A stretch of 64,000 bases of DNA from Chloroflexota bacterium (GTDB lineage: Bacteria > Chloroflexota > Anaerolineae > DTLA01): contig JADBJK010000059.1 of the NCBI GenBank assembly GCA_014874485.1, positions 20,112 through 84,111 of the forward strand, given 5' to 3'. Within the stretch, counting starts at the first letter, position 1. Each line of letters opens with the position of its first letter. The position numbers were made by a program, and so were the translations under genes. Below, piece after piece: positions 40,345-49,375 of the stretch. The notes under the pieces are model-generated. The model saw only the letters and a program-made list of their open reading frames with translations, was not told where the DNA came from and did no database searches.

Positions 40345-40783
40345 CGTACAGATAGCGCCTGCGCTGCGCCGCAAGGTGCAAAAGACCGAGATTCGCAGAT
40401 GGGCCGAGGCGGTCATGCGCGCCGAGGGGCTGACGGAATTGCCCGACATGGCCGTGGTCATCACCGACGATGAGACCATTCAGGCGCTGAACCGCGACTT
40501 CCGAGGGGTGGACGAGCCGACCGACGTGCTGGCCTTCGGCGAGGAGAAGCCGGGGCCCTTCGTCCTGGCGCCGGGCGAGCCGGCCTACCTGGGCGACATC
40601 GTGATTTCGCTGGAGCGGGCCGAGGCCCAGGCGCGGGAACGCGGAGCCTCGGCCAAGGCCGAACTCCAGTTGCTGCTGGTGCACGGCATCCTGCACCTGC
40701 TCGGGTACGACCATGACACCGACGAGGCGCAGCGCCACATGTGGGCGCGGCAGGACGCCATCCTGGAACTGCTGCAGGAATGA
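40334..40783 (+). CDS. ybeY: rRNA maturation endoribonuclease YbeY
   Basis: 149 aa with LLLVHGILHLLGYDHDTDE (HxxxHxxxxxH zinc site). Confidence 0.9.
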   Translation: MSVDVQIAPALRRKVQKTEIRRWAEAVMRAEGLTELPDMAVVITDDETIQALNRDFRGVDEPTDVLAFGEEKPGPFVLAPGEPAYLGDIVISLERAEAQARERGASAKAELQLLLVHGILHLLGYDHDTDEAQRHMWARQDAILELLQE

Positions 40784-40807
40784 CCGCCTCGGTTCCAAAG
40801 TTCGTGC

Positions 40808-41001
40808 TGTCATTGCGCGGGCGCGAAGCCTGTAGGGACAATTCATGAATTGTCCCTACTGAGGCGCGGAGCGCCGAAGAATCTCGCCAACCGCGAGATG
40901 CTTCGCTTCGCTCAGCATGACAGGGCCATACTGTCATTCTGAGCGGCGCAGCCGCGAAGAATTTCGTGAACCGAGATTGCTTCGCTTCGCTCGCAATGAC
41001 A
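40808..41001. repeat. Family H1 modules plus palindrome GTAGGGACAATTCATGAATTGTCCCTAC
   Basis: The 28-bp perfect palindrome at 40832..40859 recurs (1 mismatch) at 44964..44991, followed in both places by tgaggcgcggagcgccgaagaatctcgcc. The cluster splits the ybeY-dgkA junction. Confidence 0.85.
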
Positions 41002-41023
41002 GTCAGTTGACAGGAGCGACGCA

Positions 41024-41392
41024 TTGAAGAACCAAAACATGGCACGGAGTTTCGCCAACGCCTTCGCGGGCCTGTGGGCCGTCTGGCGCTCGCAGCGCAA
41101 CGCCCGCATAGAGGTGGGCATTGCCCTGGCGGTTGTCGCCGCGGGCCTGGTCCTTCGCCTGCCCGCCAGGGATTGGGCCATTCTCGTCCTCACCATCGGG
41201 CTGGTGCTCGCCGCCGAGTGCTTCAACTCCGCCGTGGAGGCGCTGGTGGACCTGGCGCATCCCGGCTATCACGCGCTGGCCAAACTGGCCAAGGACACGT
41301 CGGCGGGGGCAGTTTTGCTGTTATGCATCATGTCGGTTATTATTGGCCTGCTGGTCCTTGGGCCGCCGCTGCTAGAGCGCCTCGTCCGCTAG
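41024..41392 (+). CDS. dgkA: Diacylglycerol/undecaprenol kinase (DgkA family)
   Basis: 122 aa with FANAFAGLWAVWRSQRNARIE...AAECFNSAVEALVD...AKDTSAGAVLL. Confidence 0.85.
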   Translation: MKNQNMARSFANAFAGLWAVWRSQRNARIEVGIALAVVAAGLVLRLPARDWAILVLTIGLVLAAECFNSAVEALVDLAHPGYHALAKLAKDTSAGAVLLLCIMSVIIGLLVLGPPLLERLVR

Positions 41393-41477
41393 GGCGTCCC
41401 GCCCGTTCCGCGAACGTCGCCGCCCGCGCGCCGCGCCCTGTGTCCAAATCCTGCCATCTTGCACAAGGAGGTCTCGC

Positions 41478-42983
41478 GTGAATATTGAGGTCAAGCGTGG
41501 AGCCATCCAAGAGGAAGAAACCGAACTTATCGTAGTGAATCTGTTTGAGGACGTGAGCGAACCCGGTGGGGCCACTGGCGCGGTGGACAAGGCGCTCGGT
41601 GGGCAAATCACCGAACTCATCGCGTCGGGCGACTTCAAGGGCAAGTTGAACGACACGGCCCTGCTGTACACGCGGGGCGCGATCCCCGCCAAGCGTGTCC
41701 TCATCGTCGGCCTTGGGAAGAAGGAGCAGTTTGACCTGGACAAGGTGCGCCAGGTATCGGCCACGGCGGCCCGAAAGGCGCATGCCCTGGGCCTCACCCA
41801 GTACGCGACCGTCCTGCACGGCGCGGGCGCGGCGGGCCTTGACGCGGCCCAGGCAGCGCAGGCGGTGGCCGAGGGCACCATCCTGTCCCAGTACCGCTTC
41901 ACCCAGCACATGACCGAGAAGAAGAACGGCGAGGACGAGCGCGAACTGGACAAAGTCGCCATCGTCGTGATGGGCGAGGAGACCGCGCAGCAGGCGAAAG
42001 AGGGCGCGGCGGCCGGCGTCCAGATCGCCGAGGCCGTCAACTGGGCGCGGGATTTGGTCAACCAGCCCGCCAACTACGCCACGCCGTCCATCCTGGCCGA
42101 CGAGGCCCGACGCATGGCCAAGACCTATGGCCTGAAGTTCCAGGCCCTTGGCCCCGCCGAGATGCGCACCCTGGGCATGGGGGCGTTGCTCGGCGTGGCG
42201 CAGGGCAGCGCCCAGGAGCCGCGCTTCATCATCCTGGAGCACAACGGGCGCAGCGATGACCCGTCGCCCATCGTGCTCATCGGCAAGGGGCTGACCTTTG
42301 ACAGCGGCGGCATCTCCATCAAGCCCAGCGAAGGAATGGAGAAGATGAAGGGCGACATGGCCGGGGCAGCCGCCGTGTTCGGGGCCATGCGCGCCGCCGC
42401 CGCGCTGAAGATCCCGCGCCGCGTCATCGGCCTGGTGCCCGCCACCGAGAACCTGCCCAGCGGCACCGCCTACAAGCCCGGCGACGTGGTCAAAGCCATC
42501 ACCGGCAAGACCATAGAGGTCATCAGCACCGATGCCGAAGGACGGCTCATCCTGGCCGACGCCCTGGGCTACGCGCAGCGGTACCAGCCCGTGGGCGTGG
42601 TGGATTTGGCCACGCTCACCGGCTCGTGCGTTGTGGCGCTGGGGACCTTCGTCGCCGGATTGTTCTCCAACAACGACGCCCTCGCGGCCCGCATTGAGGC
42701 GGCGTCCAAGGCCACCAACGAGAAGGTCTGGCGCATGCCCATGTGGGACGAGTACGCCGAGCAGATCAAGAGCGACGTGGCCGACGTCAAGAACACAGGC
42801 GGGCGGCCTGCTGGCTCCATCACCGCCGCCAAGTTCCTGGAGAAGTTCGCCGAGAACATGCCCTGGGCGCACCTGGACATCGCCGGTCCCGCTGCCGCCG
42901 AGAAGGACGCACCCTACCAGCCCAAGGGCGGCACGGGCTTCGGCGTGCGCCTGCTGGTGCAGATGCTGAGGGATTGGAAGTAG
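41478..42983 (+). CDS. pepA: Leucyl aminopeptidase (M17)
   Basis: 501 aa, GTG start. Contains GKGLTFDSGGISIKP, MKGDMAGAAAV and the signature STDAEGRLILADAL. Confidence 0.9.
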   Translation: MNIEVKRGAIQEEETELIVVNLFEDVSEPGGATGAVDKALGGQITELIASGDFKGKLNDTALLYTRGAIPAKRVLIVGLGKKEQFDLDKVRQVSATAARKAHALGLTQYATVLHGAGAAGLDAAQAAQAVAEGTILSQYRFTQHMTEKKNGEDERELDKVAIVVMGEETAQQAKEGAAAGVQIAEAVNWARDLVNQPANYATPSILADEARRMAKTYGLKFQALGPAEMRTLGMGALLGVAQGSAQEPRFIILEHNGRSDDPSPIVLIGKGLTFDSGGISIKPSEGMEKMKGDMAGAAAVFGAMRAAAALKIPRRVIGLVPATENLPSGTAYKPGDVVKAITGKTIEVISTDAEGRLILADALGYAQRYQPVGVVDLATLTGSCVVALGTFVAGLFSNNDALAARIEAASKATNEKVWRMPMWDEYAEQIKSDVADVKNTGGRPAGSITAAKFLEKFAENMPWAHLDIAGPAAAEKDAPYQPKGGTGFGVRLLVQMLRDWK

Positions 42984-43029
42984 GGCGCGCAGAGCAGCCT
43001 CGCCACGCGCCGGTTGCAGCGCACAGAAG

Positions 43030-43066
43030 GAGCGGGACGGGACATCCGCCCCGCTCTTTGATTTTG
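43030..43066 (+). terminator. Intrinsic terminator after pepA
   Basis: GAGCGGGACGGGACATCCGCCCCGCTC followed by TTTGATTTTG. Confidence 0.6.
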
Positions 43067-43075
43067 CCGCGGAGT

Positions 43076-43342
43076 CTACTGCGAGCGGCGCAGTAGGCGC
43101 AGGAAATACTGCGCCAGGAACACGGCCAGCGCCACCCCCGACGCCGACAAGACCCAGATGCGCAGCCTGAGCCGGGGACGCAGCTCTACCTCACATACCC
43201 CTGTCCCGGCCGCGGCCACCAGCACCCGCCGCAGCCGCTCTCGGAATGCAGGGCCGGGTTGCACCGGGGTCAGAAGGCGCTGAACGTCTCTCTCCATATT
43301 GGCCAAGATTCCGCCGTTCTCCGTCTTTCCACTTACCGTCAT
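43076..43342 (-). CDS. Small hypothetical membrane protein (possible anti-sigma-like partner)
   Basis: 88 aa with a single C-terminal TM (IWVLSASGVALAVFLAQYFL). Last gene of the sigma-DegV unit. No recognisable motif. Confidence 0.35.
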   Translation of the reverse strand: MTVSGKTENGGILANMERDVQRLLTPVQPGPAFRERLRRVLVAAAGTGVCEVELRPRLRLRIWVLSASGVALAVFLAQYFLRLLRRSQ

Positions 43343-43376
43343 AGACCTTCACGACCAGCGCAGGCCGACTCCTCGC

Positions 43377-44222
43377 CTACGCGCCATACGACACGATGCC
43401 CAACAGTCCGGGCCCGCCATGCACCGCCAACACGGTGGGAGCCTCCAGCAGGAAGGCCACCTTGTCGCCGATCAACTGCTCCAGGCGCTCCTTGACCTGC
43501 CGGGCCTCCTCCAGCGCGCCGGCGTGGATCACGGCGATCTGCCGCTCACGGGCGTTCTGCAGCGCCTCCAGCGTGGCCTGAATGAGCGCGTCCAGCGCGC
43601 GGGCACGCGTCCGCACCTTGCCCATAAGCCCCAGCGTGCCATCGCGCACCGCCATGATCGGTTTGACGTCCAGCACGGTGGCCAGCGTGCCCGAAAGCCA
43701 GCCCAGCCGCCCGCTCCTCTGGAGATACTTCACCGTGGACACGGTGCAGAAAGTGTGAATCCTCTCCTTCATCTCGTTGATGGCGGCGAGAATCTCCCCC
43801 TTGCTCATGCCCTGCTTTGCCATCTGGGCCGCGCGGATAACCAGATAGCCCGTGCCGATGGAGATGCCCCTGGAGTCCACGATTTCAATGTCCATGTCCG
43901 GGAACATGGATGCGGCCAGGGCTGCCGACTGGCACGTGCCGCTGTGCTGGCTGGTGATGTGGATGGAGATGATGGACGATGCGATTCCGCGCAGCCGCTC
44001 GTAAACCTCGGCGAAACGGCCGGGGGCAGGCTGCGACGTCCGCGCCACAACGCCCTGCTCCAGTTTCCGGTAGAGTTCGTCGGGCGGGATGTCGCCGTCG
44101 TCCATGGTCTGGTCGCCCACCGTCAGGCTGATGGGCACGATTTCAATGTCCAATTCCTCCGCCAACTCAGGCGGTATGGTGGATGCGCTATCCGTAACGA
44201 TGCGAATTTCACTCTTGCTCAT
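43377..44222 (-). CDS. DegV-family fatty-acid-binding protein
   Basis: MSKSEIRIVTDSASTIPPELAEELDIEIVPISLTV... has a typical DegV N-terminus. The ORF extends to 44255. Overlaps the end of the sigma gene. Confidence 0.8.
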   Translation of the reverse strand: MSKSEIRIVTDSASTIPPELAEELDIEIVPISLTVGDQTMDDGDIPPDELYRKLEQGVVARTSQPAPGRFAEVYERLRGIASSIISIHITSQHSGTCQSAALAASMFPDMDIEIVDSRGISIGTGYLVIRAAQMAKQGMSKGEILAAINEMKERIHTFCTVSTVKYLQRSGRLGWLSGTLATVLDVKPIMAVRDGTLGLMGKVRTRARALDALIQATLEALQNARERQIAVIHAGALEEARQVKERLEQLIGDKVAFLLEAPTVLAVHGGPGLLGIVSYGA

Positions 44223-44820
44223 GCGCGAGGAGACCTCCTTCTTCCAGTTCTTCATACTGTTCTCGCAGTGAGAGAAGCGTCCGATGATACAAGGACTTGA
44301 TGGCCCCCTCGCTGCGTCCCATAATCTTCCCGATTTCCGCGTTAGACAGATGCTCCACGAACTTGAGAATCAACAATTCCTGACGCTCCGGCGGCAGGTT
44401 GCGGATGACGCGCAGCAACGTCTCCGTGCGCTCACGCCGCTCCGCCGCGCGCTCCGGCCCCTCGCCCACGGTCAGCGAGTGCAATTCGTCCAGCGAGACC
44501 ACCTGGCGCTTGCCGCGGTCGCGGTGCCAGTTGGCCACCAGGTTATGCGCGATGCGATACAGCCACGCGGAGAACGGCAGCCCCCGCTCCTGATAATGAC
44601 GGATGTGCTGCATCGCGCGGTAGAACGTCTTGGCCGTCAGGTCTTCCGCGTCGGCATGATTCCCTGTTCGGTAGTAAACGTACGAGTAGATGCGATCTAC
44701 ATACCGTTCGTACAGAATCCCGAAGGCCTCCGGGTCGGTCTTCGCCCGCTCAATCAGGCAGGCATCGGAAACGGCCTCCGCCTGTTCGCCCTGATTCTCC
44801 GGCTGCCCGATTCTATTCAT
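44209..44820 (-). CDS. ECF-type sigma-70 family RNA polymerase sigma factor
   Basis: Region 2 (FGILYERYVDRIYSYVYYRTGNHADAEDLTAKTFYRA...FSAWLYRIAHNLVANWHR) and region 4 (LPPERQELLILKFVEHLSNAEIGKIMGRSEGAIKSLYHRTL). Start MNRIGQ at 44820. The 81 upstream codons of ORF 44209..45063 lie in repeat DNA. Confidence 0.85.
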   Translation of the reverse strand: MNRIGQPENQGEQAEAVSDACLIERAKTDPEAFGILYERYVDRIYSYVYYRTGNHADAEDLTAKTFYRAMQHIRHYQERGLPFSAWLYRIAHNLVANWHRDRGKRQVVSLDELHSLTVGEGPERAAERRERTETLLRVIRNLPPERQELLILKFVEHLSNAEIGKIMGRSEGAIKSLYHRTLLSLREQYEELEEGGLLAHEQE

Positions 44821-44962
44821 GAAAACACTCTCTCCGAACGTTGGTTGCGCGGGTGTGTGCGGGCGGAGTATAGCACCAGGCAAGCCGAAATGGCAAACAG
44901 AAAAGCCGCCTGGCGGCAGGCGGCTTTGGAATGGGCAAGTCCTTGCGAGGGCACGCAGCGCT

Positions 44963-45268
44963 CGTAGGGACAATTCATGAATTGTCCCCACTGAGGCGCG
45001 GAGCGCCGAAGAATCTCGCCCACCGAGATGCTTCCCTTCGCTCGCAAGGACGTGAGAAGGCACGTGCGACGCACCTCGGAGGTGCGTCGCACGTGGGGAT
45101 GGCTTCCCTTCGCTCGCAAGGACGGATGGCTGCCATTGCGAGGGCGCTACGCGCCCGAAGTAGGGGCGACTCGGCGAGTCGCCCCTACACGTTTGCTATT
45201 GTCATTCTGAGCGGCGAAGCCACGAAGAATCTCGCCGACCGGACGGCTTCCCTTCGCCCGCAACGACG
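44963..45268. repeat. Composite hairpin-repeat cluster (H1 modules, 28-bp, 35-bp and GC-rich palindromes)
   Basis: GTAGGGACAATTCATGAATTGTCCCCAC; the perfect 35-bp palindrome cacgtgcgacgcacctcggaggtgcgtcgcacgtg at 45061..45095; GTAGGGGCGACTCGGCGAGTCGCCCCTAC; gtcattctgagcggcgaagccacgaagaatctcgcc. Confidence 0.9.
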
Positions 45269-45271
45269 TGG

Positions 45272-46120
45272 CTAGGGCAGCGGGCACCCCGCGATGCCGA
45301 CGACGCCCGGGCCGGTGTGCGTGCCGATGACCGGGCTCAGTTCGGCGATGAAGCAGTCCTTGCAGTTGAATCGCTCCAGCACGGCCTGTCGGACGCCCTC
45401 GGCCTCTTCCGCGGTTTCCAGTTGGGCGATGCCCGCCACCATGGGCCGCTCGGTGCCAATGGCTTCCTGGATGTAGGCCATGGTGCGCTCCAGACCCTTG
45501 CGCTTGGAGCGGGCCTTGTCCAGCGGCTCTATCACGCCGTGCGTCAGCGTGAGCACCGGCTTGACGTTGAGGAGCGTGCCCATGAGTGCGGCGGCCTTGC
45601 CGATGCGCCCGCCCTTGTGCAGGTATTCCAGCGTGTCCACCACAAACCCGATGGTCATGGCGTCGCGCATGACTTCCAGCACCTTGACCACCTCGGAGAG
45701 CGGCTCGCCGGCATCCAGCGCCTTCACGGCCTGCTGAACCAGGATGCCCAAGCCGATGGACGTGGACAGCGAGTCAAAAATCGTGATCGGCGCTTTGCCG
45801 CCCATCTCCTCAAGCGCCGCGTGGGCCGAACTGATGGTGCCGCTCAGCTTGCTGGAGATATGCATGGACAGGATCGCGTCTGCGCCGTCCTTGAGCATCT
45901 TCTCGTACTTGGTGCGGAACTCGCCCGCCGAGGGCTGCGAGGTGGTCGGCAGCGTGGGCGAGTTCTTCAGCAGGTTCAGAAACTGGGGGGTATCCAGGTC
46001 CACGCGATCCAGGTAGGTTCGCGCCGGCGTAACGACCTTGAGGGGGATGATCTCAATACGCGGATTGCCCTGGAGCGCCGGGGGCAGGTCTGCCGTGCTA
46101 TCGGTCAGAATCCTGATCAT
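45272..46120 (-). CDS. DegV-family fatty-acid-binding protein (second copy)
   Basis: 282 aa with MIRILTDSTADLPPAL...IEIIPLKV...SQPSAGEF...ILSMHISSKLSGT. Confidence 0.85.
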   Translation of the reverse strand: MIRILTDSTADLPPALQGNPRIEIIPLKVVTPARTYLDRVDLDTPQFLNLLKNSPTLPTTSQPSAGEFRTKYEKMLKDGADAILSMHISSKLSGTISSAHAALEEMGGKAPITIFDSLSTSIGLGILVQQAVKALDAGEPLSEVVKVLEVMRDAMTIGFVVDTLEYLHKGGRIGKAAALMGTLLNVKPVLTLTHGVIEPLDKARSKRKGLERTMAYIQEAIGTERPMVAGIAQLETAEEAEGVRQAVLERFNCKDCFIAELSPVIGTHTGPGVVGIAGCPLP

Positions 46121-46261
46121 GTCCGATACCTCCTCTGCACATCATGATTGCGTTCACAGTCTGATAACCCTGAATCTGTCCGGGAGTTGCGAGCGAGGCC
46201 CAGCACCCGCAAAGGTGCGACGCACTCCCGAAGGGCGTCTCACCTCGTGCCGGACTCCGCC

Positions 46262-46457
46262 ACGTGTATTTCAATTTTGTGGCGGAATGACCGAGCATCG
46301 CTAGGTCGTCGGGCGGAATCTACTTCACCTATCCCCACCCCGGCCCTCCCCTTTTCCTCTCCGCGGGCGGAGAGGAAAGGGGAGGGTGCGGGAGGGGTTA
46401 GGTGAGGTCAAGCCGACCCATTCTGCCACACGCCTTGCACCAAACCCACTTCCATGC
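46262..46457. mobile_element. MITE-like element, copy c (decayed, about 196 bp)
   Basis: Degenerate left TIR GTGTATTTCAATTTTGTGGC. The same central hairpin is present with 2-3 substitutions. The right end is diverged and truncated (ttgcaccaaacccacttccatgc). TSD not recognisable. Confidence 0.6.
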
Positions 46458-46496
46458 TATCCTTCACACATCGCATCGGTAGTGGCGGAGGGGCGT

Positions 46497-46895
46497 ATGA
46501 AAGAGAAGATTCTGCGGCGGCTGCGCATCGCGGCCCGCTCTATCGTCATCGTGGTCTCTCTGGTCTGGCTCTGGTTCGGCATCACCGCGGCATGGGAAGA
46601 AGGCACGGCGCTTGGCTGGATTCTCCACATCCTGCTCCCCGGCGGCGTGCTGCTGGCTACCGTGGCCATCTCGGTCAAGTGGGAACGTGTCGGCGCGCTC
46701 CTGTTGGTTGCCGAGGGGGTCTTCTTCACCACCTGGGTCCTGTGGAGCGCCAGCATCAGCGAGGTAACAGCGTGGGGGTTGACTGTCCTGCTGGGCATCC
46801 TGGGCGTGCCGCTGTTGATTTCCGGCGCGCTGCTCCTGACGGCAGCCCGGTGGGAGGCCAGCCCAGACGAGGACCAAGCCCTAACGGAGGAGTAG
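46497..46895 (+). CDS. Hypothetical 4-TM membrane protein
   Basis: Start MKEKILRRL at 46497 follows GGCGGAGGGG. Upstream codons of ORF 46386..46895 lie in the MITE. Four hydrophobic helices. No motif recognised. Confidence 0.5.
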   Translation: MKEKILRRLRIAARSIVIVVSLVWLWFGITAAWEEGTALGWILHILLPGGVLLATVAISVKWERVGALLLVAEGVFFTTWVLWSASISEVTAWGLTVLLGILGVPLLISGALLLTAARWEASPDEDQALTEE

Positions 46896-46897
46896 GG

Positions 46898-47896
46898 ATG
46901 CACGCCTTCTTGCGGGACATGCTCCAATGCCCCGTGTGCGCGGGGGAGTTGCGCTGGGACATCGCCGAGCGGGAGGATGACCGCATAGAACAGGCCGACA
47001 TCCGGTGCGTCCGATGCGGCGCGTCCTACTTCGTCCGCGAGGGCATCGGCGTGTTCCTGCCGCCAGACTTGCCGCGCAACGACCTGTGGGAGCAGACGTC
47101 CACCGCCCTGGGTCGCTATCTCCACGAGCACCCCGACGTGGAGCAGCGCCTCATGGCCGCGCCGCCGGAAACCCTGTCGCCGGCCGACCGCTTCTACCGC
47201 GCGCTGGCGCTGGAGGAGCGCGGCGACTTCGCGCAGGCCAGGGCCGTCGCGGACTCGGCGCTGGCGCTCCTGTACACGCCCGAATACCGCGCCTGCCACG
47301 AGAGCCAGAAGCGATGGGTGATTGACCGCGTCAGGGACAGGCCCGGCCCCATCGTGGACTTGGCCTCGGGTCGCGGCGACTTGGTGGAGCGCATGGCGCG
47401 CGAGTTGCGCCGTCCGGTCGTCGCCACCGACTTCAGCCTGCGAATCCTGCGCCGCAACCGCCGCGCCCTGGAAGTCGCCGGCATTCCCGAGCACGTGAGC
47501 CTGCTGGCGTTGGACGCGCGCCGCACGCCGTTCAGGGACGGGGCTGTGTCCACGCTGACCACCAACCTCGGCCTGCCCAACATTGAGAAGCCCGGCGAAT
47601 TGCTGGCCGAACTGCGGCGGGTGGTGTCGGGCGAATTCCTGGCCATCACCCACTTCTACCCCAGCGACGACGAGGCCAACCTCGGCGTACTCCGCGAGTT
47701 CGGCGTGGCCCCGCTTCTCGTCCGCGAGTCGCTGGTGGAGTTGCTGGCGCGGGCGGGCTGGCGTGTGGAAATCGCCAACGCGCAGACGGGCCGCGCGCTC
47801 CCAACGCCCGCGTCCGAACTGCTGGAGGGCGCGCGGATAGATGCACTGCCCGTCGCAGCGACCGTCCTGGAATGGTGCACCGTCCGTGCGTGGTGA
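46898..47896 (+). CDS. Class I SAM-dependent methyltransferase with N-terminal Trm112-like zinc ribbon
   Basis: MHAFLRDMLQCPVCAGEL...IRCVRCGASYFVREGI (CxxC...CxxC), then the motif I-like IVDLASGRGDLVERMA. ATG at 46898 follows GGAGG. Confidence 0.7.
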   Translation: MHAFLRDMLQCPVCAGELRWDIAEREDDRIEQADIRCVRCGASYFVREGIGVFLPPDLPRNDLWEQTSTALGRYLHEHPDVEQRLMAAPPETLSPADRFYRALALEERGDFAQARAVADSALALLYTPEYRACHESQKRWVIDRVRDRPGPIVDLASGRGDLVERMARELRRPVVATDFSLRILRRNRRALEVAGIPEHVSLLALDARRTPFRDGAVSTLTTNLGLPNIEKPGELLAELRRVVSGEFLAITHFYPSDDEANLGVLREFGVAPLLVRESLVELLARAGWRVEIANAQTGRALPTPASELLEGARIDALPVAATVLEWCTVRAW

Positions 47897-47998
47897 GGGA
47901 GTCCGCGAGGCTCCTGCAGCACCGTGCATGGCATCGTCCAACCGCCGCGAGGGCCTGAGACACCCAGGCGCGTGAAAGTCGCGCCGCGGAGAAAAGAG

Positions 47999-48931
47999 AT
48001 GTACAAGAAGCGAATCGTGATTCTGATGTGCGCCCTGGTCATTCTGGCGTTGCTCGCATCCTGCGGGGGCGGGAGCAAGAAACTGGATTTGCGGCTCCGC
48101 CTGGAAGCGGGCAAGTCCTACGGCGCGAAGATGATCGCCGACCAAATCCTCACCCAGACCCTGGCCGGGCAGACGCAGACCATGACGCAGACGGTAGGAA
48201 TGGCCTACACCTACGACGTCCAGAGCGTGGAGCCCGACGGCACGATGCTGGTCAAGGCAACCTACGACTGGGTGCTGTACAAACAGGACGGGCCTTTGGG
48301 CAAGGTCTCCTACGACTCGGCCAACCCGCCCGCCTCGGTTCCCCAGGCCGCGCTGGGCTATGCGGCGCTGGTGGGGCAGGGGTTCACCATGCGGCTCAAA
48401 CCAACCGGCGAGATCGTGGACGTCCAGGGTGTGGACGAAATGATCGCCCAGATGCTGGATGCCCTGGGCGTGCCTGCGGGGAGCGCACGCGATGAATTGG
48501 AGGCGAGCCTGCGGTCGCAGTTCGGCGGCGAGGCCCTGAAGGAAAGTTTTGAGAAGGCCGGGCTCTTCTACCCCGACAAGCCGGTAGCCGTCGGCGACTC
48601 GTGGAGCAAGCCGATTGCACTGGAATCGGGCGTGCCGATGGTCCTGGATACCACGTGGACCTTGAAGGCGCGCAAGAATGGCGTCGCCACGGTTGAGGCC
48701 CGCTCCAATGTCCAGCGCAACCCGGGCGCGAAGCCTCTGGAAATGGCGGGCATGACCATCTCCTACGAGATGTCGGGCGAGCAAACCGGCACGATGGAAC
48801 TGGACGAGAAGACCGGCTGGCCGGTGAGCGCGACGATGAAACAGAACCTGACGGGGCAGATATCCGCCATGGGCATGACCTGGCCCATGACCATCGTAAG
48901 CGACATCCGCTTTGAGCCGTGGAAGAAGTAA
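47999..48931 (+). CDS. Hypothetical lipoprotein
   Basis: MYKKRIVILMCALVILALLASCGGGSKK (lipobox LLASC). No catalytic motif recognised. Confidence 0.6.
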   Translation: MYKKRIVILMCALVILALLASCGGGSKKLDLRLRLEAGKSYGAKMIADQILTQTLAGQTQTMTQTVGMAYTYDVQSVEPDGTMLVKATYDWVLYKQDGPLGKVSYDSANPPASVPQAALGYAALVGQGFTMRLKPTGEIVDVQGVDEMIAQMLDALGVPAGSARDELEASLRSQFGGEALKESFEKAGLFYPDKPVAVGDSWSKPIALESGVPMVLDTTWTLKARKNGVATVEARSNVQRNPGAKPLEMAGMTISYEMSGEQTGTMELDEKTGWPVSATMKQNLTGQISAMGMTWPMTIVSDIRFEPWKK

Positions 48932-48946
48932 CCGTGATGGAAAGCG

Positions 48947-48974
48947 AAAACCCCCGCCACGTGGCGGGGGTTTT
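48947..48974. terminator. Bidirectional intrinsic terminator
   Basis: AAAA-CCCCCGCCACGTGGCGGGGG-TTTT is a perfect palindrome flanked by A and T runs. It lies between the convergent lipoprotein gene and the tRNA operon. Confidence 0.75.
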
Positions 48975-48977
48975 GCA

Positions 48978-49054
48978 TGGCGCGCCTGGCGGGACTTGAA
49001 CCCACAGCAGACGGTTTCGTAGACCGGCCCTCTATCCAATTGAGGTACAGGCGC
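48978..49054 (-). tRNA. tRNA-Arg (anticodon ACG)
   Basis: Minus-strand sequence GCGCCTGTACCTCAATTGGATAGAGGGCCGGTCTACGAAACCGTCTGCTGTGGGTTCAAGTCCCGCCAGGCGCGCCA folds as a cloverleaf with anticodon loop CUACGAA and CCA encoded. Confidence 0.85.
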
Positions 49055-49057
49055 GCG

Positions 49058-49133
49058 TGGTACCCCAGACAGGACTTGAACCTGTGGCCTCAGCGTCCGC
49101 AGCGCTGCGCTCTATCCCCTGAGCTACTGGGGC
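49058..49133 (-). tRNA. tRNA-Arg (apparent anticodon GCG)
   Basis: GCCCCAGTAGCTCAGGGGATAGAGCGCAGCGCTGCGGACGCTGAGGCCACAGGTTCAAGTCCTGTCTGGGGTACCA has a perfect 5-bp anticodon stem CAGCG/CGCTG and loop CUGCGGA. The GGATAGAG D-loop matches the neighbouring Arg tRNA. Confidence 0.75.
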
Positions 49134-49139
49134 ACAAGG

Positions 49140-49230
49140 CGGGGAGGCAGGGATTCGAACCCTGGGTACAGCTTTTAGGCCGTACAACCGCTTAGCAGGC
49201 GGCCCCGATCGTCCTCTCCGGCACCTCCCC
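49140..49230 (-). tRNA. tRNA-Ser (anticodon GCU), class II with long variable arm
   Basis: GGGGAGGTGCCGGAGAGGACGATCGGGGCCGCCTGCTAAGCGGTTGTACGGCCTAAAAGCTGTACCCAGGGTTCGAATCCCTGCCTCCCCG. CCA is not encoded. Confidence 0.85.
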
Positions 49231-49249
49231 GAGGGTGTATGCGATTCTC

Positions 49250-49339
<90 letters not shown>

Positions 49340-49375
49340 AACGCGGATTCGGCGTGTGCCCTCCACCGCAACCAC

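Noticed and set aside
38020-40479. Very long ORFs antisense to real genes (for example 38020..40479, 46457..49039, 16271..18700, 14636..16207, 57881..60061, 30943..33435, 1362..2732)
   Set aside because: They overlap well-supported genes on the opposite strand. Their products are Arg/Gly/Ala/Pro/His-rich low-complexity strings without motifs. This is typical of open antisense frames in high-GC DNA.
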